Shown here: piece after piece, positions 28,632 to 34,899 of the stretch
How positions within the stretch are numbered: position 1 is the stretch's first letter
Layout: every line of letters starts with the position of its first letter
Made by a program: the position numbers and the translations under genes
Assembly (NCBI GenBank): GCA_964434885.1
Contig: CAYSWQ010000007.1
Span: 1-34,899 of the forward strand
Direction: 5' to 3'
DNA length: 34,899 nucleotides
Origin: an uncultured Methanosarcinales archaeon
GTDB lineage: Archaea > Nanobdellota > Nanobdellia > Woesearchaeales > GW2011-AR9
The notes under the pieces: generated by a model
The model's database searches: none
What the model was told of the DNA's origin: nothing
What the model saw: the letters and a program-made list of their open reading frames with translations, nothing else

Positions 28632-29021
28632 TCAAGAATGAGAAAAATCCAGAACCTTATCTAAATGGCCATCAAGAAACCGAACTAACTCATGTCGAGA
28701 TAATTGTCCCACATGACGATTAATTTCTACCCCTTGTGTATATATTCCTAAGGTTGGAACCATAATTATGTCCATTTCTCTTGCTAAATCATTCAAATCA
28801 GGAATGGCTGTATCAAAATAATGAAGTTTTAAATTATTATCTCTTAAATAATCTTTCACAAAATCAGTAGAAGTATAATCTTTGAGTGCTTCATGACAAG
28901 GATGAGCCCCATAAGAAACATATAAAACTGCCGTTTTTTCTAACCAAACTAAGCCATTTAATTTAGCAGGACTATCAATTATAGTACATAATTCTTCTGC
29001 TCCTTCAATAATATCAACCAT
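28632..29021 (-). CDS. Thioredoxin-fold protein (no CxxC; AHPC)
   Basis: YGAHPC at the WCxxC position, D....LA..M.I..VPTL (cis-Pro loop), G.E..RHVG. Confidence 0.7.
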   Translation of the reverse strand: MVDIIEGAEELCTIIDSPAKLNGLVWLEKTAVLYVSYGAHPCHEALKDYTSTDFVKDYLRDNNLKLHYFDTAIPDLNDLAREMDIIMVPTLGIYTQGVEINRHVGQLSRHELVRFLDGHLDKVLDFSHS

Positions 29022-29072
29022 TCAACAAAAAAACAGCACCTTACTTAAAAAACTTATTAAAATAAATACCAA

Positions 29073-29870
29073 TCATAAAAACTCCCTAACATTCCTAAAA
29101 TCAACTTTAACAAATTCATTAAAATTTAATCCTCTTTCTTTTAATTCATGTAGTGCCAATTTAACATGAGAACTACCTTTCGGCAAATGAAAACCAGCTC
29201 TCAAACTCAAAGTATCTAATTGTTTTAAAGCTGCTGCCCTTGCCAATACAGAAGCTGCTGCCACTTCTAAATATTTATCTTCAGCTTTCTCTTCCCGAAT
29301 TTCTCCCACTCGACATCCAGGATATTTATCTACAACATGCTTCCCTGGTTTTAGAAAATCACCACATTCTTTATGTAATTTATTTAACAACATGGTCTGT
29401 TTCTGTCCATTATATTCAATCGGAAAAATACTCTTTACTTCACATTCTGTCATTTGTCTAATTCTACTCGCCATCACAATAATTTCCTTGTCACTTAGTT
29501 TTTTACTATCTGCCACCCCAATTTCACGTAATTTCTCCCGTACAACTTCATCTGCCTTTACTCCAGCAACAACTAACCCACCAAAAGTATCTCCTTTTAA
29601 TGATTCGTCAGAACCAATAATTATTCCTTCTTCTTTTCGAAAAGTTACTTTTTCTACTTCTTTTCCAACACCTTTTTTTCGCAACTCTTCAACAACTTTT
29701 TCTATTCTCTCATTCTTCCCTTGTAACAACAATTTCCCAGAAGTATAAAGAATTAAAATAACTCCTTTTCCAACTAAACGAATTTCTTCATAAACACTTT
29801 TAATCTCTTCTTCTTTAAATCCTTTTAACCTATCCAAATCCTCTTTTTTTACTTCTTTAAACACTACCAT
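29073..29870 (-). CDS. rnhC: Ribonuclease HIII-like (TBP-like N-domain plus type 2 RNase H domain)
   Basis: LYTSGKLLLQG N-domain, IGSDESLKGDTFGGLVV, DSKKL, KAE, VAAASVLAR, LPKGS. Confidence 0.82.
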   Translation of the reverse strand: MVVFKEVKKEDLDRLKGFKEEEIKSVYEEIRLVGKGVILILYTSGKLLLQGKNERIEKVVEELRKKGVGKEVEKVTFRKEEGIIIGSDESLKGDTFGGLVVAGVKADEVVREKLREIGVADSKKLSDKEIIVMASRIRQMTECEVKSIFPIEYNGQKQTMLLNKLHKECGDFLKPGKHVVDKYPGCRVGEIREEKAEDKYLEVAAASVLARAAALKQLDTLSLRAGFHLPKGSSHVKLALHELKERGLNFNEFVKVDFRNVREFL

Positions 29871-29871
29871 T

Positions 29872-30270
29872 TTATTTTTTAGTAATAATTTCTCTCAACT
29901 TTTTAATAATTCCGATAATACGAGTTTTATTGAGCTCTAAAAAATCTGCTTTAACAAAAAAACCATCATAAGCAATTTTATTTCTAATAACTCGCAATTC
30001 TTTAATTAAATGGGTTTCTTGAAGAGAAAAAACAGTATGTTCTTTTATCAAATAATCCAATAACTCTTTATGTGATCCTTCCCCTACAGTTTTATATCCT
30101 TCTTGTAATAGTAAAACTGTTGTTAATTCACGAATTACTTCATAATAATCCTTAACAATTAAGGACGCAAATTTTTGGGAATCTAACGTTTGAATCATTT
30201 CCAAAGTAACATCCACCATCTTAAGAAGAGAAGAAATTTTATTTTGATCAGGAGTAGTTTTAATTAACAT
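29872..30270 (-). CDS. HEPN-domain protein (partner of MNT)
   Basis: YY...R......L...GYK......H and LRVIRNKIAYDG (Rx4Y variant); overlaps the MNT gene. Confidence 0.75.
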   Translation of the reverse strand: MLIKTTPDQNKISSLLKMVDVTLEMIQTLDSQKFASLIVKDYYEVIRELTTVLLLQEGYKTVGEGSHKELLDYLIKEHTVFSLQETHLIKELRVIRNKIAYDGFFVKADFLELNKTRIIGIIKKLREIITKK

Positions 30271-30806
30271 TTACTTACCTCCAAATAACCTTTTAAAATA
30301 ACTCCATTAAGAATATTATTTTTTAATTCTAAACTTAATTTAGTAAATTTGGGTTCAAAAAATAAATTAATTTTTCTTTTCAATGAGTTTTCATAATTAT
30401 TTAAATTAATTTCAACTTCTTTAGCTCCAATGTATAAATCAATATCACTATTCTCAGTATCTTCTCCTCGAGCAGCAGAACCAAATAAAACAATTACTTG
30501 GGGCAAACATTTATCATAAATCGTATTCACCAAACCTGAATCATTAAGTCTAATCAAGATATCTAATTTTTTATAAAACATAAAAATTTCATTATCTCGG
30601 TTAGCTAAATAAATAGGATAATTTTGTACTCTGTTTTTCTTTTCTAAAACAAAACATTCTTTAACTAATTCTTTCAAATAATTTTTAACAGAAGTAGGTG
30701 CTAATTTAATCTCTCTACTAATTTCTCTTAATTGCAAACCACCTTCAGCTAAAGGTTTATCAAAAAATAATTGCAAAACTTTCCATTTGTTATTATTTTG
30801 TAACAT
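30264..30806 (-). CDS. wHTH plus minimal nucleotidyltransferase (MNT) antitoxin-like protein
   Basis: LREISREIKLAPTSVKNYLKEL (HTH) and LFGSAARGEDTENSDIDL; ATG 30806 lies ~25 nt from TATA 30831-30838. Confidence 0.88.
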   Translation of the reverse strand: MLQNNNKWKVLQLFFDKPLAEGGLQLREISREIKLAPTSVKNYLKELVKECFVLEKKNRVQNYPIYLANRDNEIFMFYKKLDILIRLNDSGLVNTIYDKCLPQVIVLFGSAARGEDTENSDIDLYIGAKEVEINLNNYENSLKRKINLFFEPKFTKLSLELKNNILNGVILKGYLEVSKC

Positions 30807-30838
30807 TTGTAATATAATTATTACAACTGATATATAAA
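30807..30838 (-). promoter_or_regulatory. MNT-HEPN promoter with palindromic operator
   Basis: TTGTAAT-N6-ATTACAA (30807-30826) between the TATA box (30831-30838) and the start codon. Confidence 0.65.
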
Positions 30839-30846
30839 TGTTACGG

Positions 30847-31542
30847 TCAAAACTCACCTAAACTCGTCTGATTCTTAGCATTAATCAAATTTTGAAATGG
30901 CTTCCAAGTTTTCCTAAACAAAAAACCAAATTCTGGTTTGTCAAAATTTTCTTTCAGAAAAATCTGTGTTTTTTCATCACTTAAATACCCAGATCCAAAA
31001 TCCACTTGTAATGCTTGTTTCAAATCTTCAATCTCTCGGTCCCTAGTAACTTTTGCCAAAATTGAAGCTGCCCCAACTACAATATAATTCATATCAGCTT
31101 TATGTTCTACAATCAATTCCGCTTTTCTACTTACTTTCTGACTTAACTTATTAAAAAAATAATCTCTATAAGCAGTCACATTAGTACTCGGACAATCCAC
31201 AATTATCTGATCTACTTTAAACTTATTTACAATTCGAGAAGAAGTATCTGCTTCCAACCAATTCAAATTAGAATTTGGATTCTTTAGATTTTCATCAACC
31301 TCTTCTGCCGAAACCACTTCAATCTTAAAATCAACAGCTAAATCTTTAACCTGCTCAAATAAATCTTCTCTTTTATCCTTACTCAACAACTTACTATCTT
31401 TTACTCCCAATTCTTTTAATTTCGGAATATCTTCCTCTTTGATTACAATTCCTGCCATCACTAGGGGACCGATGAGTGGACCTCACGGCTTTAACAATTA
31501 ATTATTAAATCTACCGGCTTCATCAACCCCACAGATAAGCAT
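30847..31542 (-). CDS. rnhB: Ribonuclease HII, split: exon 1 31542-31511, exon 2 31483-30847 (222 aa if spliced)
   Basis: Joined exons read MLICGVDEAGRGPLIGPLVMAG...DSKLL...LNWLE...VDC...EHKAD...VGAASILAKVTRD...FGSGY.SD...PIP box QTSLGEF. Confidence 0.93.
31484..31510 (-). other. 27-nt BHB-type (tRNA-splicing endonuclease) intron in rnhB mRNA
   Basis: Minus strand GC-CGGU-AG^A-UUUAAUAA-UUAA-UUGUUAAA-GCCG-UG^A-GG: 4-bp helix CGGU/GCCG, 3-nt bulges AGA and UGA, 8-bp intron stem. Contains in-frame TAA and TGA. Excision restores GGT AGA GGT (GRG). Confidence 0.88.
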
Positions 31543-32564
31543 TACTTCACCATTATTTTCTTGTTTGTTTTTAATTTGACCCATGTTTTATCCTCTTCTC
31601 TTTTTATTAGACCAAGATTGACTAATTCTGTTAATCTGTTGTGAACTGTCCCACAACAAACACTCACTTCTTCAGACAATTCTTTTGTTGTTTTTAAAAT
31701 ATTTAATAGATTTAAGTATTTCTGTTTTACAGAAGATATGACTATTAAATTTTGATCTTTTCTAACCCAATAAACTAAACTTCTAACTCTAAACCATTTA
31801 ACTTTATTTTCTTTTTTCAAATCAATCAAAACATCACTAACTCTAGCAGGAGAACGACTGAATATTTCAGCAAGTTCTTGTCTATTTTTTGGTTCAATCA
31901 GTTTTTTATAAATAAACTTCTTCAAAAAATTAGCACTATAATGATACTCTTTAAATTGTTGGTATATTAATTGAAATTTTTCATTTTTCTCGGGATGAAG
32001 TTCTGCTATCTTTATTTTAGCCAATTTATCCCAACTTTCTCTTCCCCAAATTTCATAAGATCTATTTCTTTCTTTAAATGAAAAATTAATATTTAAATTA
32101 ATTAAAATGTCCTCTATCCATTTAACTGGCTGTTTTTGAGCAATTCTCACTATCCTGTGACATTTATTCCCGGATTTAATATTTCCTTCACCAGCAAAAA
32201 AACCACGCAAAATATCTGTGTGGTTACTTTTATCTTGTAAAACAACATCCACTAATTCTTTCCAATTTTTGTTCAATTTAACAGAAGCAAAACGATAAAT
32301 GTAATAAGGTTTATTTGCCCTTAAATCCATATAATCTTTGAATTTAATATTTTCAATTCTTTGTAAATTATTGTTATATTTAGAATAAGAATAGATACGT
32401 GGCCTAAATTCGACGCTTTTGTAAAGATAACTCATCACTTTGTGAAAAAATTTAATCAATTCAAAACAATTATTTGTAAATGTAACTTCTGCTGTCGTCT
32501 TATTATCCCCTTCTGCCAACCAAAGACCAACACATTCAGCTATCTCTTTTTTATTTATTTTCAT
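31542..32564 (-). CDS. Free-standing double-motif LAGLIDADG homing endonuclease with two C-terminal wHTH domains
   Basis: VGLWLAEGD and LRGFFAGEGN motifs, FTNN; HTHs RQELAEIFSRSPARVSDVLIDL and TKELSEEVSVCCGTVHNRLTEL; GAGGT SD 32573-32577; TAATG overlap with the rnhB start. Confidence 0.88.
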   Translation of the reverse strand: MKINKKEIAECVGLWLAEGDNKTTAEVTFTNNCFELIKFFHKVMSYLYKSVEFRPRIYSYSKYNNNLQRIENIKFKDYMDLRANKPYYIYRFASVKLNKNWKELVDVVLQDKSNHTDILRGFFAGEGNIKSGNKCHRIVRIAQKQPVKWIEDILINLNINFSFKERNRSYEIWGRESWDKLAKIKIAELHPEKNEKFQLIYQQFKEYHYSANFLKKFIYKKLIEPKNRQELAEIFSRSPARVSDVLIDLKKENKVKWFRVRSLVYWVRKDQNLIVISSVKQKYLNLLNILKTTKELSEEVSVCCGTVHNRLTELVNLGLIKREEDKTWVKLKTNKKIMVK

Positions 32565-32574
32565 TTTTAATTAC

Positions 32575-32780
32575 CTCAAAACTTCTATTTGTTTCAAAGT
32601 TTGGAGTTTCCTAAAAAAGATGTAAGTGAGTGAAACTGTCTAAAAGATTTCTCTTATTTTTGAGAGAAAATCTTAATTTAACAGTTTTGTGTCGCCTCTT
32701 TTTCACAACATCTTAAAGACAGTAAAATATATGACTTCTACCTGCACTTGTCCAGTTGTCCACTAACTAATTTATAAAAG
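32575..32780 (-). promoter_or_regulatory. TATA box and structured ~185-nt 5' leader of the LAGLIDADG gene
   Basis: TTTATAAA at 32771-32778; stems aagatgt/acatctt, aaactgt/acagttt, aagattt/aaatctt, ctct/agag; hairpin 32575-32606 overlapping the SD. Confidence 0.6.
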
Positions 32781-32830
32781 AAACCACCATCAAATAACGA
32801 TAACTTATCTATTTGTAGTCTAAAAAAAGT

Positions 32831-33478
32831 TCACAACAATTCCTCTTCAACCATCTTAACTATCAACCCAAACCTTTCCTTCAAATTATCAGGCCATACT
32901 AATCCTTTCTCTTTCAACAACTTCTGAAAATAATCACTATCGAAATCATAACAAATATCTCTAAATTTCTGATTAAATTCACCCAAATCAGAAATATTGG
33001 AATTAATAATTTTCACTTTTAATCTAACCCATTCTTCTTGTAAATCTAACAATTCTGAAACTCCTTGTTCTTTCTTAAAATCACCTACAGAAATCTTCTT
33101 CTTACAATTAAATCCTGAACAATTCTCAACCACATAATTTTTACTCTCAGCCCTACCTTCAGAATCAAAAAAATGACTCACCATCAATGGAAAAACTCGG
33201 CAACCAAATGGTCTTTCAGAATAAACTTGACAACCCTCGGAACTCAAATAAGAACATTCGGGTTCTGTTTTTAACATACAAGTTAACAAATTCTGATTTT
33301 CTGCATCTAAAACAAAATAACTATGCTTCTGATGAAAATCACTTGTAGAAACCCCATGAAACTTACATAATTTCAAAATATCATAAGGTGATAATCTAAT
33401 CGAAGAACTTTGACAACAACTTAAACATTTTTGACATTTAAACTTTATCTTATGAAAATCCTCTTTATAATTCACCAT
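32831..33478 (-). CDS. YkgJ-family (CxxCxxCC) cysteine-cluster protein
   Basis: FKCQKCLSCC, LSPYDI, C.YL...C.VYSERPFGCRVFP, C.G. Confidence 0.92.
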   Translation of the reverse strand: MVNYKEDFHKIKFKCQKCLSCCQSSSIRLSPYDILKLCKFHGVSTSDFHQKHSYFVLDAENQNLLTCMLKTEPECSYLSSEGCQVYSERPFGCRVFPLMVSHFFDSEGRAESKNYVVENCSGFNCKKKISVGDFKKEQGVSELLDLQEEWVRLKVKIINSNISDLGEFNQKFRDICYDFDSDYFQKLLKEKGLVWPDNLKERFGLIVKMVEEELL

Positions 33479-33581
33479 TTTAAATTAAGAAAACCCAATT
33501 AAATTTAAAGATTTCCATAATAAACAACAACAAAATAAAAAATAAAAAAAAATAATTTCAACATCTCCCCACCTAAAAAAA

Positions 33582-33695
33582 TTAGGTTTTCCTAACTTTA
33601 CGACTATGTTTATTTAGCCTTGCTTCTGCTTGTTCTAACTTTTTTTGTAACTCACTCTCATTTGAATTATCTAACATTTTTATTAAATCTATCAT
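33582..33695 (-). CDS. Small 37-aa helical peptide ORF
   Basis: MIDLIKMLDNSNESELQKKLEQAEARLNKHSRKVRKT with GAGGTG SD at 33701-33706; below the ORF-track size cutoff. Confidence 0.5.
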   Translation of the reverse strand: MIDLIKMLDNSNESELQKKLEQAEARLNKHSRKVRKT

Positions 33696-33739
33696 TTATT
33701 CACCTCAATTTTTATTTTATATTGTGTTTGTTTCATTCA

Positions 33740-33829
33740 AAAAAACACTACTGCCAAAAGAGGCCCATTTTTTATCCGATAACAAAGCTGCAAGGGTAAA
33801 AAATCCCTAGGCCGTGCGTAGTGTTTTTT
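33740..33829. ncRNA. Candidate structured RNA element (multi-stem)
   Basis: Perfect 12-bp closing IR aaaaaacactac/gtagtgtttttt, inner ggcc/ggcc and aggg/ccct stems, locally GC-rich in an AT-rich spacer. Confidence 0.4.
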
Positions 33830-34039
33830 ATTAAGTTCGAAACAACCCATTTAAAGAACAAAGCCAAATTTCACTTCCCTCCAATTTTGAAGTTTAGCCC
33901 CAAAACCAAGCAGAAATTTATATTGGCGGATGGATTTAAATCCATTTGTGATAAGTAAATCTAGAAATAAATGTACAACTCAACTTACCACTTCTTTTCA
34001 TAGAGTTAAGTAAATAAGATTAATATAAAAAACTTTCCT

Positions 34040-34417
34040 TTATTTTTGACAATATTTTTCAGCATATGTCAACAAAGAAATTCTTGATACTGGTTTAAAA
34101 TCAAAAGCAACAACCCATTCATTTTCGAGAAATTTTGCTCTTTTCAATGGATTGTATTTAAAACCCACACCAATTCCCACAACAGGAATATCTGCATGCT
34201 GCATATAAGATTCATCTGTTTTCAAAGTTTCAATAAAATCCCAACCATTCATTCTTGGCATCATACAATCAGAAAAAATTAAATCAATTCCTCCCTGAGA
34301 AACTTTTTCCAAAGCCTCAATTCCATCTGTGGATTGTTCTAAAGAATACGCGCAAAGAATATCCGAAAAACTTTTTAAAATTCTAGGTACATCATCAACA
34401 ACAAGAATTTTTCCCAT
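34040..34417 (-). CDS. Single-domain response regulator (CheY-like receiver)
   Basis: KILVVDD, DGIEAL, DLIFSDCMMPRMNG, FKP; ATG 34417. Confidence 0.9.
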   Translation of the reverse strand: MGKILVVDDVPRILKSFSDILCAYSLEQSTDGIEALEKVSQGGIDLIFSDCMMPRMNGWDFIETLKTDESYMQHADIPVVGIGVGFKYNPLKRAKFLENEWVVAFDFKPVSRISLLTYAEKYCQK

Positions 34418-34418
34418 T

Positions 34419-34709
34419 TTATAACCCAAAAGCTTCAGTAAACTCCCGAATCCGTCTAAATTCTGCTAAAAAACCTGAACCTTTCTCAGTTAAAGCCACC
34501 ATTTTAGAAATCTTCTTTTTCTTCCCTTGAATTTCTTGAATTTCAATCATTTCTTTATTGATTAATTCCTGTAAATAACTATTCAATAACTTATGAGATA
34601 AATTTGACTTATACATTAAATGGGTTGGTTTAATTTGACCTCCTTTATTTTGAATAGCTTGCAAAATATCAAAAACCAATTCCAATCTACTTCTTCTTGA
34701 ACTGCTCAT
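34419..34709 (-). CDS. Archaeal winged-helix transcriptional regulator (ArnR1/HTH_45-like)
   Basis: RRSRLE.V.DIL, KPTHLMYKSNLS...YL.EL, LTEKG..FL. Confidence 0.88.
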   Translation of the reverse strand: MSSSRRSRLELVFDILQAIQNKGGQIKPTHLMYKSNLSHKLLNSYLQELINKEMIEIQEIQGKKKKISKMVALTEKGSGFLAEFRRIREFTEAFGL

Positions 34710-34710
34710 T

Positions 34711-34899
34711 TTAATATGTAACTTTAGTAATTTTTCTATATGTGTACAATAATATCAAAAACCCACCCAACATAAATATCTCTCCTAAAACATAAAGTTG
34801 ATTCCACAAAAATACAAACACAAACAGGAAATAGCTAACTAAAATCATCAAAAAACTCATCATCACCAATAAAGCATTACTGCTTTTATTAGCATTCTT
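34711..34899 (-). CDS. Membrane protein, C-terminal part (runs off window end)
   Basis: Open frame KNANKSSNALLVMMSFLMILVSYFLFVFVFLWNQLYVLGEIFMLVGFLILLYTYRKITKVTY* ending just before the wHTH gene. Confidence 0.7.
   Translation of the reverse strand, partial: KNANKSSNALLVMMSFLMILVSYFLFVFVFLWNQLYVLGEIFMLGGFLILLYTYRKITKVTY

Noticed and set aside
30847..31461. ORF-track RNase HII starting at GTG 31461, or an rnhB pseudogene call
   Set aside because: It would lack the catalytic DE residues. The intact in-frame 5' exon and exact BHB geometry explain the locus better, and exon 2 shows no decay.
32737..32748. GCAGGTAGA near the HEG transcript start resembles the rnhB exon-1 end GCCGGTAGA (possible old exon or alternative splice site)
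   Set aside because: Only an 8/9 match, upstream codons do not resemble GVDE, and AGGU cannot form the 4-bp helix with GCCG.

Overview
AT-rich archaeal chromosomal segment, inferred to be DPANN/Woesearchaeota-like from archaeal-type ProRS, CarS, Dph2, PolB and RNase HII with PIP boxes, Rad50, and many apparently leaderless genes with a TATA box ~21-25 nt upstream of the ATG. The left ~10 kb is accessory. It holds two convergent, catalytic-domain-only tyrosine recombinases around a ~145-nt imperfect hairpin and a membrane-anchored PD-(D/E)XK nuclease, followed by membrane proteins, a Cys-rich M64-like peptidase and probable gene fragments. The middle is housekeeping: proS, dph2, lipid synthesis, an nrdJ-kinase-btuR operon, tdk, rad50, polB and two degenerate HIT genes. 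The most striking feature is on the right. The RNase HII gene (rnhB) is interrupted inside its DEAGR|GP active-site motif by a 27-nt insertion with two in-frame stops. The insertion folds into a canonical bulge-helix-bulge (BHB) motif, i.e. a candidate tRNA-type intron in an mRNA. It lies ~30 nt from a free-standing, translationally coupled double-LAGLIDADG endonuclease gene with a structured leader, which suggests a mini-intron plus homing endonuclease 'collaborative homing' unit. No tRNA, rRNA or CRISPR array was recognised. All family calls come from motif recognition by eye; no searches were run.
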